A program made the translations under genes and the position numbers. A DNA stretch of 64,000 nucleotides from Lingula anatina. Its lineage: Eukaryota > Animalia > Brachiopoda. Of this stretch, positions 1 through 13,571 are shown one piece after another. The first letter of the stretch is position 1, and each line of letters starts with the position of its first letter. Below the pieces are notes generated by a model. It worked only from the letters and a program-made list of their open reading frames with translations. It ran no database searches and had not been told where the DNA came from. The stretch lies in the NCBI GenBank assembly GCA_051362555.1, contig CM120644.1, positions 13,662,567-13,726,566 of the forward strand, given 5' to 3'.

Positions 1-2655
1 ACTATTTGTGAAAATTGTTCATATGATACATAAGTTACTGATACATACGTAAACAAAAATATGAAGATGTTGTTTTCTTATTTCATTGATTGTTCTCTGT
101 TTTCATGACTTTGTGAGTGCCTGGGACTTTGTATATGTGAGCACGCATGGTTTTACGACGCTCATTATTCTTTGTTACGTTAATTTAAGACATGTGTTAC
201 CAATACATACGTTACCACGAAGCGTGTAAATATTTATTTATTCTATTTTCATTAGTTCTTTCGTTCTGTGGGCCAACACTATTGCCTTAATGTGACATTA
301 AAATAAAAGAAAACGAGACAAAAAAGATTTCTTGCCTTCAACTATCTGTGAAAATTGTCCATTTGATTCATACGTTACCGATATGTACGTGACCAAATAA
401 TATGAAGTTGTTGTTTTCTGATTCCATTGATTGTTTTCTCTTGTCAGGGCTTTGTGAGTGCGTGTGACTTGGTATATGTGCGAACTACGTTTTACGGCGT
501 TCATTCTTATTTGCTACGTAAATATGATACATACTTAACCAAATAACGTGAAGGTATTGTTTTCTGATTTCATTGTTTGTTCTCTGTTGTCGCGACTCTG
601 TGGTTGCGTGCGACGTTGTATATGTGCGCACGCTTGTTTTTACGTCGCTTATTCTTCTTTGTTACGTTAAAATGATACATACGTTACCGACACATACTTT
701 TCCATGAAGCGTGTAAATTATTAGTCTATTTTCATTGGTTTTCTTCGCTTTGTGGGCCAACACTTATGAGTTTTATTTGTGTTTCATTGAAAAAGTGTTG
801 ACACACAAAAGGAAAGACAACCAATGAAAATAGAATAAAAAAATATTGACACGCTTTATGGTAACGTATGTATCATTTTAACGTAACAAAGAAGAATGAG
901 CGACGTAATGACATGCGTGCGCACATATACAACGTCGCACGCAACCACAGAGTCGCGACAACAGAGAACAAACAATGAAATCAGAAAACAATACTTTCAC
1001 ATTATTTAGTAACGTATGTATCGGTGACGTATGTATCATCTAACCAATTTAAACAAATAGTTTCAAGACAAGTAATCTTAACTTGCCCTGCTTTTCCTTC
1101 TTATTGTAATGTAGTATAACGTAAGAATAGGCGTTTGCTCATAAAACTGAAACCAAACAATAAAAATAAAAATAAATACACGCTCAATGGTAACTATTTC
1201 CCTCGATCGTCTTTTGTTTTGTGCAGCATCACTTATGTCTTAATGTTACGTTACAATAACAGAAATGGAGAAAAATTAGATATCTTGCCTTCAGCTATCT
1301 GTGAAAATTGTTCATTTATGACATACGTTACCAATACATACGTTACCACGAAGCGTGTAAATATATATATTTATTCTATTTTCATTAGTGAACAAAAAAA
1401 TGGAGATGTTGTTTTCTGATTCCATTGATTGTTTTCTGTTTTCCTGACTTTGTGAATGCCTGGGACTTTGTATATGTGAGCACGCATGCTTTTACGGCGC
1501 TCATTATTCTTTGTTACGTTAATTTAAGACATACGTTACCATTTCATACGTTACCACGAAGCGTGTAAATATTTATTTATTCTATTTTCATTAGTTCTTT
1601 CGTTTTGTGGGCCAACACTATTGCCTTAATGTGACATTAAAATGAAAGAAAACGAGACAAAAATATTTCTTGCCTTTAACTATTTGTGAAAATCGTCCAT
1701 TTGATTCATACGTTACCGATATGTACGTGACCTAATAATATAAAGGTGTTGTTTTCTGATTCCATTAATTGTTTTATGTTGTCACGGCTTTGTGAGTGAG
1801 TGTGACTTTGTATTTGTGAGCACTACGTTTTACGGCGTTCATTCTTATTTGTTACGTAAATATGATACATACGTTACAAAAATAACGTGAAGGTATTGTT
1901 TTCTGATTTCATTGTTTGTTCTCTATTGTTGCGACTCTGTGGTTGCGTGCGACGTTGTATATGTGCGCACGCTTGTTTTTACGTCGTTTATTCTTTTTTG
2001 TTACGTTAAAATGATACATACGTTACCGACACATACTTTTCCATGAAGCGTGTAAATAATTAGTCTATTTTCATTGGTTTTCTTCGCTTTGTGGGCCAAC
2101 ACTTATGACTTTTATTTGTGTTTCATTGAAAAAGTGTTGGCACACAAAAGGAAAGACAACCAATGAAAATAGAATAAAAAAATATTGACACGCTTTATGG
2201 TAACGTATGTATCATTTTAACGTAACAAAGAAGAATGAGCGACGTAATGACATGCGTGCGCACATATACAACGTTTCACGCAACCTCAGAGTCGCGACAA
2301 CAGAGAACAAACAATGAAATCAGAAAACAATACCTTCACATTATTTGGTAACGTATGTATCGGTGACTTATGTATCATATAAACAATTTGAACAATCGGT
2401 TTCAAGACAAGTAATCTTAACTTGCCCTGCTTTTCCTTCTTATTGTAATGCAGTATACCGTAAGAATAAGGCTTTTGCGCACTAAACAGACAACAAACAA
2501 TAAAAATAAAAGTATTTACACGCTCCATGGTAACTATTTTCATTGGTTGTCTTTCGTTTTGTGCGCCAACACTTATGTCTTAATGTTACATTAAAATAAA
2601 ACGAGACAAAAAAGATTTCTTGCCTTTAACTAACTGTGAAAATTGTTCATATGAT
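1..2655. repeat. Complex satellite / higher-order tandem repeat (~1339-bp period, ~2 copies visible) with an internal inverted repeat
   Basis: Landmarks recur 1339 bp apart (ggccaacact at 271 and 1610; ggccaacacttatga at 755 and 2094). Each period contains several diverged copies of a monomer (ttgttttctgattYcattg...tatatgtgMgcacgc...ttgttacgtWaa...gatacatacgtta), one of them inverted (~557-633 vs ~915-993). The array runs off the left edge. Confidence 0.85.
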
Positions 2656-3033
2656 AAAGTTTGAATTCCTAATTCCTAATAAAAAAGAATAAATAACATT
2701 GGAAATCAAAAAATTAAATTTTATTTATCAAATTGGCTTGGTGCTTACAGACTTCAACATCATTGGAAATAGGTTATTAGAAATTATTACATTATAATGA
2801 GATTGTGACTCGAAATAAAAGGCAGAGGGCTAGTAGTCGAAATATCTGTTTTCAATAAATGGTGACAACTTACTGCATATTTCATATATTTTAATGGAAT
2901 TATAGCTGTCCTCTCTGATCTAAATTTTTTATTGAAATGGAAAATTAATTACCCTCATATTCTGAGGACCATTTTGGCATCCCTCATATTTTCCAAGTTA
3001 CACTTTTCTCTGACCTATATAAGTACTTCTTAA

Positions 3034-3606
3034 TTATTATTTCCGCCAAGGAGATTGTGTTTTTTGTCCCGTTTATCCCTTTATAGGTTTGTTACTTAGC
3101 AAGGCCATGGAAAAAGTTGTGGACGGATTTGAATGAAATTTTCAAAAACTTTCGAAAGCGGACCAGTAACAAACGATTAGAGTTTGGCGGCGATCGATTT
3201 ATCAAAGAATGGTTAATCGTTAGTTAATTATTTTTCTGACTGTAAGAAACATTTTGGAAAAAGTTGTGCAAGGATTTTGATGAAATTGTCCGATAGTTTC
3301 GGAAGTGGACCATGTAACAAATAAAATGATTTGATGATCCACTCTTTGATTTGTTAATTTATAAAGTCTGTAAGCAGCATAATGCAAAACGTTATGGACG
3401 GATTTTGACAAAATGTTGAGGCTTGGGCCAAATTTTTGGAAGTGATTGATTAATTAGTTATTCAGTCAGTGAGTTAATTTACTCGTTGACTGATAAATTT
3501 ATTAATCAAAAATGAGAATACACCTAATTATTTAGTTATTAAATAAAAATAAAAGTGAGAATTCAGTTACCTTGGCGGAGGTCTGCACTCTCTGAGAGCT
3601 CTTGTT
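3034..3606 (+). mobile_element. Non-autonomous Helentron-associated element (HINE/DINE-1-like)
   Basis: 5' ttattatttccgccaaggagattgtgtttt; sub-terminal inverted repeat tccgccaagg (3042-3051) / ccttggcgga (3570-3579); 3' short stem-loop gcactctctgagagc then cttgtt; internal repeated acggatttYRatgaaatt cores. This matches the known HINE architecture. Confidence 0.7.
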
Positions 3607-3797
3607 AAACAAGAGGTTGGTTCAGAATTTAAAACATCTAATTAAAAAAATAAAATATTCTCTGCTTTGTGTCAGCCTAAGATATTGCGCATATTATTTT
3701 AGCCACAAACTAATCGAAGCTATATTAAATTTAATTCTTTCTGTATAAAAATAAAATAACCCATAAAATGGGGTCACGGAGAACTCTGGATCGGCAA

Positions 3798-6014
3798 TTA
3801 CGAGCACTCGCCACACGCACGTTGACAATTTACGAGCATGTAATTTGGGTTCTTGGCGCACTCCCCCCTCTTCGCCCATTGATCGCAGAGAACGTTCTTG
3901 TCAATGCATTTACCTGAAAAAATAATGAAATAAAGTAGAATTCACATACAAAGTTAGACTGCTTAATATTTCACGGACGAGACATCTTTAAGATATAGTA
4001 ACGCCATCATGGACTTTAAAAAGTACAAGTTCATAAAAAGTAAGCCTGATATGCTTTGCATTATTAACAAACCAAAGAAGAAATCTGTGACTGTACCTCC
4101 AGAGCATCTATTGCAGGGTTTTGGACAGTAAGGGATCATATACCGGGGGTTACGAGAGCACTCGCCACGTGCTGCCCAAGTGGCACAGTATGTGTCGTAG
4201 TCAACACAACTGCTACTTCCTGGAAAGTAGAAGAAGTAAGAAAAGAGTGACGATGTTTTGGCCGGATTGGACAACAGAACAACAATTCTTGAGGCCACTT
4301 GATAAAGAACACATATAATAAGCCTTGTTTTGAGAAGAAGGAGATTACGGGCTGTTTGGCTGCGTGCAGAAATATAATTTAATGCTTTTAACATAATTAG
4401 TTTAATTATGGAAATATAATAATGTTTTTCATTAATTCATTCAAATTCCCAAGTCTAAACTCTCCATATAAGACATTCAATTAATAACAAGAGATTACAC
4501 GACAGAGAAAAGATTAATTTAAGGCAAATATTTCATTATACAATGAGAAAAAAACTTTTTCTTAAAATAACGGTAAGAAAACAAAACGCCTCCTACCTCC
4601 TCCTCCTCCTCCGTTACACAAACGACATGACTCTTTACAGTAAACATGCATGTATCCAGGGTTACGTTGACACTCGCCTCTTGACGCCCAGCCTGCACAA
4701 TTGTTGTTGTTATCCCGACAGTTGTCTGTAACGGACAAATGTAACCATGGAGTTCAAATTCAAACCAATAAAAGATGCATCGCCCATTTCATGTCCCGTT
4801 TTTTCATACGAGATATACAAGTGTGCACAAGCGCTTAGAAAACAACAGGTAAATTAATTAAGATTACAATTTTTAGGTAGAAATATGGAAAGCTATCAAA
4901 TGCAAATTCAAGTAACTTACTATTTCCACCCCCGGTTCCGCCTCCAGTGCCACCGCCAGTGCCTCCCCCGGTTCCACCCCCGGTGCCGCCTCCAGTTCCG
5001 CCCCCAGTGCCACCCCCGGTACTGCAGGGTTGCACAGGAACACCCCCGTTAGTTCCTGGACACATACAGCGGCAATTCTTGTCCACGAATCCCGGGGAGG
5101 GGCATCTGGGTTTGTTAGTGCAGCCGCCTGCGATATAAAATTAAACACATTTTCAAATGTAACAGAGTTGAGGGAAAAATGTACCTTACTTTATAGCTGT
5201 CGGACCGACTGATCTCCAAATAATCATGAAACTATAACATCAAATTAACAATTTCTTCAATGGTCACCAAATTTTAACTTTGCATGCTACGAGCCTGTAC
5301 AAGGGTAATAAAATATAATTAATTAAGCACACACTAAAAAACTCGAAATAGTATAATCACTACTTGTCGCAAATGACTTTGAATATGCACAAAACGAGAA
5401 ATTAAATCGAGGAAACTCACGATCGCAACTGTACATGGCGTTTGCCAATTTGACATCGCCGAAGCTGTGTCCGAAGCTATTTCCAATTGTATTCTGCTTG
5501 GATTTATCCTTGGTAATGATAGTTGGACGCCCGTTGGTAGAAAATGCCTGAAAATATGACATTTACTTGTAGGGTTACAATATTCTGGAAGGTCTAAGAT
5601 CAGCAATGAAAAGAAGGACCAGAAGAAAAAGTTGAAGAACTGGATAAGAAACGAAACCGAAAAGAAAAAAAACTTACGTATTGGCCATAATGCATGACGC
5701 TGTCGTAATCGTACGGTACGCCATGCGTATTGGTAACAGACTGTGGATATTTTTCGAAATTGTAATAAAGATGTCCTGGAATGTTCCCCCTGACGATGGT
5801 GACATAATTATCGCGGTCATATCTCGTCTGCTCGTGGTTGAACCCTATCGCGTGTCCCAATTCATGGATGATGATTCCTTTCTAAAAGACACAATAAAGA
5901 ACAGTTTGCACATATTTTGGCAAATTTTGAGAGCGCAAATTATGATGTTACGTAAACTGGTTGCAGTTGTTGTCTTTCTGAATATTGTAAATACCGCGTG
6001 AGTTTCAACTGCAA

Positions 6015-6054
<40 letters not shown>

Positions 6055-9000
6055 CTGATGCTATTTATTGGCAGAATAATAATGTTGCGAATACAAAAAC
6101 ATAATTTTCCGGTGGAGGTATGAACATTTATTTACACACGTCTTGACACAAACTGATGACGGTGAACTGAAATAATTGAAACAAATGAAACAAATGAAAG
6201 TAACAGAATAAACAAATATAAATTTCAACTTAATACAAATATCACAATAAAGAAATTACAATAAAACACATAGATAAAATAACTAAATACATACATAACA
6301 ATGCTGCCTCCACTCATTCGCGTACAGTACTAGGCGTGTTCCAACCATGACAATACATGGTGACGTTTTATTACCACTCAACAGAACACCAATCATCCAA
6401 CATATGAGGGCGCCACTCACACCAAGACGAGACAACACAAAGTAAACATGACAAACAACACAAACAAACGAAACAAAAATTGCCGACGACACTGTCGGCA
6501 ACACTCAGCCCACAAAAAAAAAAAAAAGAAAAAAAAAATTACTGCCTTCCAGTTCTTAATAGAATTACCATACTCAATACTTAATTTAAAAGACAGAATC
6601 TAGAAAGTGTCCACTTGTTTATCTTAGACAAATCCTTAAACATCTACACATCTCCTTCTAACAACACCAGTTTAGAGATCGGTCTCACAAAAGTTGACGA
6701 ATTGGTACGCACAGAAGCGCTTCTTACCAAGCCATCTCTGCCGATCTTAACAGATTCAACAATCGCCAAAGGCCACAGTCCTCTGGGCATAGATGCATCT
6801 ACAATAAGTACGAGATCACCTACTTTCAAATTTTCCTTTGCATACTGCCATTTAGAACGGGATTGCAACAACGGCAGGTACTCATTTGTCCATCTTTTCC
6901 AAAACTGAGAAACTATGTATTGCGCGTGTCTCCATAATTTCCTGTACGTGTCAGCTGTATGAAAATCACCCCAGGGAAGAGAATGGATGCCACGGATAGC
7001 CAATAAGTGATTTGGAGTCAGTGCATTTAAATCAAATGCATCGTCACTGCTACGTGTTATTGGCCGACCATTTATGATACATTCGCACTCACACATCACT
7101 GTTTGCAACACATAATCGGACAACGATCTGCTTGAGGGGGATGCAAGGAGAGCCATGAGAATTTTCCTGATAGTCCTTATCATTCGTTCCCACACGCCTC
7201 CAAAGTGTGATGCATGAGGGGGGTTAAATACCCAATCAATACCTTTACGTCTAGCTTCAGATATGACCTTAGCCTTATCCATTTGACGCAAACAGCGCGC
7301 CATTTCGGCGTCCGCTCCAACCAGGTTTGTAGCGTTATCACTGTATACCTTGCTAGGATATCCTCTCCTAGCAACAAAACGGATGAAACCGTTAATAAAT
7401 GAATCAGTCTCTAAACTGTCCAGAACTTCAATATGCACAGCCCTTGTTTTAAAACAAGTAAAGACACAGCCGTACCGTTTTGCCACCGCTCGGCCAACCT
7501 TAACCTTAAGGGGGCCAAACAAATCAACACCAACTACGTCAAAGGGGGGACCTCCACTTTGACATCTCACGTCTGGTAAATCTGCCATTTTCTGTATCAT
7601 AGGTGATGAATACAATCGTTTGCAAACTACACACCTTTTCCCAACTTTTTTAACAATACTTCTGCAACCAACAATCCAGAATTTTCTGCGGATGTTGCTA
7701 AGAGTCCACTCGGTGCCCAAATGAGCGTCACCGTGAAATTCACGGACGATAAGATCAGAAACAACATGATCTTTCGGCAAAATCGGAGGTTGCTTGCATT
7801 CCATAAAAGAATGCACTAATCGACTGTCTACGACCAAAACGCCGTCACGCATGATTGGAGACAATTTGTAAATCGCGCTCGACTTAGAAACGCGGCCGGT
7901 CTTTAGCAAGTCTCTAATTTCGCCGGAGTATGCAGTCTTCTGGACCACTTTAATTATGCAAAGCTCCGCTTCCTTCAATTCAGTTGCTCTGATTTGACCC
8001 CTTTTCACGACTTTCGTATGCAAAAAATCACGGAATCGAAGCAGCCACGCTACTGCTTTGCACAATCTGTAGTAGCTTGAAAATTGTTGAAAAAGTCTAT
8101 CTAAAATAGACTCCCGTATCGCGCCAGCATCAGCCGCGTCATCGACTTCAGACAAGTCAGTAAATTCACATGTTGCGATTAACGCGTCATCAGAGATATC
8201 GACCATCTCAAACGCCGGCCAGTTAGACTTGTGGTCTTTCAAAAATTCCGGGCCTTCACGCCAGGTTTTTGGTATATCACATGAGTTACAACCGCGTGAC
8301 AACACATCGGCCGGGTTGACATTTCCTGGGACATGACGCCATTGACTAGGGTCAGAATTTTCTCTAATCAGAGACACCCTATTTGCTACAAACGTCTTAA
8401 AACGCCTAGATTCATTTGAAATATAACCCAGGGCGACCTTACTGTCGCTCCAGTAAGTTGTATGCATTAGGTCTAAGTCGAGCTCGCGACGCACTAATGA
8501 ATCAAGTTGAACTGCTGTGACACACGCCGACAGTTCCAGTCTGGGAATTGTAACTTGTTTCAATGGAGCGAGACGACCTTTAGAAGCTAATAATGCAACA
8601 TGGATTTTTCCGTCAGGATTGACTGATCGCACATATGCACAAGCTCCAAAAGCGTGCTGACTTGCATCACAGAATACGTGTAGTTCTGATACTCCAGCTG
8701 AACATTCCTCTGGAATGACACATCTCATAAACTTGAGATCTTTCAATTCCTCTAAAGATTGGATCCAGTCAATCCACGCGACTGACAATTCATGAGGAAT
8801 GGAATCGTCCCAATCTAATTTTAGCCTTGTCGCCTCCTGGAAAAGCAATTTCCCATGTAAAACGACGGGAACAATCAAACCCAGTGGGTCATACATACTG
8901 GCCACTACGCTCAGCATATTGCGTCTAGTAATCTCCTGACCTTTGTTAATTTTGAAAGTATAGTGAAAAACATCCAAATCAACTTCCCACATCATACCCA

Positions 9001-12000
9001 ACGCTTTTGCATGCACCCCATGAGTCAGCTCTTTCACCTCAACTGCCCGATCTTCATGGGCAATAACATCTAACAGCTCAGAATCATTGACTACAAATTT
9101 GGTAAGTTTGAAACCCCCATCACGAAGAGCCCTTTTCACATCGACAATTACCTCAAGGGCATCTTCTTTTGTCTTCACAGACTTCAACATGTCGTCAATG
9201 TAAAAATTCCGCTGAACCGTCCCACGCACCAAATCAGTGACGTCATGATCCTGCACAGTGCGCCTAAGCGCAAAACAACTAGCACTACCTGCCCACTTAC
9301 CTCCAAACAGGTGGACGCGCATACGATAATGCACGAGTGAGTCATTCTCCCACCATAAGAAGCGTAAAGCATTTCTGTCCTTTTCTGGAACTATGACTTG
9401 GTAGTACATACATTCAATATCCGCCATTATGGCATATCTAAATTGACGGAAACGCAAAAGTATGCCAATCAGCGTATTTGTCAAGTCGGGGCCCTGCAAA
9501 CACTGGTCATTGAGACTGATTCCTTGACACTTACAGGCACAATCAAACACAATGCGCAGTTTGTCAGGCTTAGATGGGTTCGTGACACAATGGTGAGGGA
9601 TATACCAAACAGATTCGTTGCGCCAATCAATTTCTTTTTCAGGGACCTTCTCAGCGTAACCCTCGCTGAGCAATTTCCTCATGTTCTCATCATACCTGTT
9701 GAACATGTCATCTTTTCTAAGTCTACGCTCCAACCCCTTTAGGCGATGGAGAGCAACGGAGAAATTGTCAGGGAAATTAGGCACACCTTCCGTCCAGGGA
9801 ATAGGGAGGACGTAATGGTCGTTTTCCTTGGAAACTGTGTCTTCCCACAATGAAAGAACCTTACGGTCATCCTGTGAAATTGAAAAATCATCATTTCCCG
9901 CTTCCATTTTCCATAGATTTTCAACCTTTTCTTCAATAGACACAAAGTTGGCTGAAACGTCAGCGGTATCTGACATAAGGAAAGAGGGACCGTTAAGACT
10001 CCATCCTAAAACACAACGCGCCGCGTACATGTTTGATTTTCCAGTTTCGTCATGACGCACCTCCAACGGCATTATCAAGTGGGCATTATCCATGCCAATG
10101 ACCAAATCCGCGCTACTCTTATCTGAATAATCGCTAAAAGACAAATCCGCCAAATGAGGATAACGCTCTGTCTCAACAAACCGATTTGCCCGGACGCGTA
10201 TGCTAGGCACAACTATCGCGTTGTAAATTGGATACGCAACAGAATTGTCATCTTGAGGTGACACATTGAATGAAACTACGGCTGAGTTGATTCCCTTCAC
10301 ATCGTCAATAGTACTTAATTGACATTTCACGTGCCCTGTGCTTCTCAAAGAAAGTTCTGATACCAGTTTCTCAGAAATGAAAGTGGATGTAGAGCCACTA
10401 TCGAGCAGTGCTAAAGCCGATCTATCGCCATTTATCTTTACAGCCACAATTGGTAAATTCACGCTTCGCGACTCTGTCTGAGTACAGGTATGTGACGCAA
10501 TGGGGGGAGTGAGATCTGTTTTCACAGAAACGTGTACAAATTTAGAATGTTTCATTCCACAACCCGGCACACTGCATACAGACTTTTTTCTACACTGACT
10601 GGCAAAATGTCCCGCCCTCAAACAATTATAACACAACTTGTTGCGTCTAACAATATCCAAGCGCATCTGAGGCTCTTTACTCTTGAACATGTCACACTGA
10701 AACAACCCATGTGATTGTTTACACACTACACACGGAGGGACATCCATGTCATCACTCGCACTCGGCCCAGTCATGCTTGCTAATGATACAGAAGGGTTGA
10801 CTTTCACTCGCCCATACAATGAACATTCACCATACACAGGGTCACATGCATCAGCAGCATACTTCATCATGAAAACAGTAAATTCTTTAAAAGTTGGATA
10901 TCTGTTATCATCGTTTTTGATTTTAAGAGCATGCTTTCGCCACCTATCACCTACGTGCCCTTTACACCTCTTAACTATGCGTAATATAGAATTCTGGTTG
11001 TCAATTTCATTACTCATTTTCAACCTTTCTAATGTTAACTGAGTCATCTGAAGTTCATCAGCTAGACTTTGGAGCTCCGTAGGCGAAGAAATGCTTCCAC
11101 CACTTGTGAGATTCTCGATCAAATGTCTCGCCACCAAATGGTCATTTCCGAACCTATCTTTCAAAATGGCACGCGCTGCTTGGTATCCAGATTCACCGCC
11201 GATGATGATACAGTTTTTGATAGCTTTCTTAGCAGCTCCGCTGGTAAATTGTATCAATCTAGTTAATTTTACCTGACCGCTTTCAATTTTATTCCCAACT
11301 AGCTCATCAAAGAGCGCGCAAAAGTTATGATATTCCTTTGGATCACCGTTAAATGGCTCTAAGTCAGCCTTTGGGATAGATAAGTAATTGAACAGTTTTG
11401 TTTCAGTGTCAGTTGATAGTTTGTCTTCCTTAGGTACATTAGATGTATTGTTTAAGAATGATTTCCCAAGTTTCATACCTTCGATATATCGTACCTCTAC
11501 AGCTCGGAACCATTCTTCACTTTCATCTAACTGGTTATCTTCCAATTCAGCATGGTATGCATCATGTGACGCTTCGAATTGTTGAAACGTGTCCGTAAGT
11601 CTGTCCAATGCAATTTCTACTGCCCTAGCGTCCTCACACGCGACTGCTCGTTCGATGTGTCCAATAGCCTTTGTGACCGCGCCCTTACGGGCACGACGCA
11701 CATGTACTAACTCTTCTGATGCCATTGTTATTTCACTGTTGCGAATACAAAAACATAATTTTCCGGTGGAGGTATGAACATTTATTTACACACGTCTTGA
11801 CACAAACTGATGACGGTGAACTGAAATAATTGAAACAAATGAAACAAATGAAAGTAACAGAATAAACAAATATAAATTTCAACTTAATACAAATATCACA
11901 ATAAAGAAATTACAATAAAACACATAGATAAAATAACTAAATACATACATAACAATGCTGCCTCCACTCATTCGCGTACAGTACTAGGCGTGTTCCAACC

Positions 12001-13518
12001 ATGACAATACATGGTGACGTTTTATTACCACTCAACAGAACACCAATCATCCAACATATGAGGGCGCCACTCACACCAAGACGAGACAACACAAAGTAAA
12101 CATGACAAACAACACAAACAAACGAAACAAAAATTGCCGACGACACTGTCGGCAACAATAAGATTATTCAACTAGTGGAAAAAACTAAAGATAATCACCA
12201 GAAATAAGATGTAGCATTCATGTTGTCAATAGATTGAGAAATAAACTGATATTTCGAAAACGATTTGACTTACAGATCTGCATCCTTGTCCCAAGGTTAC
12301 CAGTTGGCGTCCCCGTCCTAACATCCCAACAAAAGAGGAACACCTAAAAATAAAAAGACAGAAACTCATCTAACATTTTCATTAAAGAGTTACAATAACA
12401 TGCCCCACCACAAGCCAAATTATAGACTTACACCCCATTTCCATAGATTTTTAGATCGATCTATCCCTGTGGGGAGTCTCACTAGATTACTGTCAGCTTG
12501 ACCGGCTTAAGCGTCTGTCCCGCCTACTAAAAGCTGTAAGGGGGTAATTAACTATGGTGCCCGCTCGGCTGACTGCAATTTAGCGTGAACCCCCAGGGAG
12601 TTAGGTCGATCTAAATCTTAATCTTTAGATCGATCTAAATCTCTGGGAAAGCACCCTTAATGAACATACATGTCTGCTGTGTGAAGTGTTATTCAAATCG
12701 AATTCCACATGCTTGAAGACACGCTCTAAGTTGAGTCAATTATTTTTCATAAACCCAAGGCCGCAAAAATCTAATCCTTTTTATTTTTACTTTAAAACAA
12801 CTACAAGAATTCACTTACCAAAAGTAGAAACAAAAGGGATTAATTTCTGTCTCTATTTATTCCACATTGCCTTCAAACAACATCCATGAACTGACGTGAA
12901 GCTGTTAAATTATTTCCCCAAATTTAACATGCACCTACCGATATTCCATCGCACTTATAATACGAATGTTAAAACGTTTAAACGTTTTAGAATGAATTTA
13001 TTATGGGATAAATTCTTTTTTCTTACCCGTTGCCGTTTTCCAAGTGAATGTAGTTCCTTTCATTTCGTCGTGGCCTGAATTGGATACATGTGTATTTGTT
13101 CCAGTCATCCACAGCCTGCTGTATGGCTCTGCGATCCGAGGCAGCTGTAAACATGGATGAAAGTTTTTATTTCATTTTGTTGAAAATTTCTTATACTTAT
13201 TAAATTCACATAATGGCGGATAGAATGGGTGTAGAAAGTTACATGCACCCCCCACCCCCACGCCACTCCCGCCAGTAGCTACGCAGGTACCTTAATATAG
13301 AATAACAGTACATACAACATGAGTTACAAAAAAAAAAAAACTTACATTCTTACGGTACGTTCATCCCCTTGTCTTACAAATGTACATATCAAATTGTCCT
13401 AAATATCAAACTGAAATTGACCACGTCTACTTTTGCGATCCTTATGCTTCCTCCTGCCCCACCCCAAAATTGGAAAAAAGGCTGTACTCAAACGTAGGGC
13501 GATTTCATTTGTATACGC

Positions 13519-13571
<53 letters not shown>

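Larger units (their letters stand above)
6083..12157 (-). mobile_element. Full-length BEL/Pao LTR retrotransposon in astacin intron 6
   Basis: Two 421-bp LTRs (6083-6503 and 11737-12157), identical by eye, with TGTTGC...GCAACA termini. 4-bp ATAA target-site duplication (6079-6082 / 12158-12161). U-tract plus GTGGGCTGAG before the 3' LTR. Single gag-pol ORF. Confidence 0.97.

Noticed and set aside
4835-5212. Pro-rich and other ORFs over the Gly/Thr linker
   Set aside because: Alternate-frame or antisense readings of astacin exon 9.
6283-6504. 73-aa hydrophobic ORF duplicated at 11937-12158
   Set aside because: Lies inside the LTRs, starts at a non-ATG codon at the LTR edge and reflects TG-rich U3 composition.
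6615-11777. Antisense and alternate-frame ORFs within the retrotransposon
   Set aside because: Short shadows of the gag-pol ORF with no motifs; no env-like ORF either.
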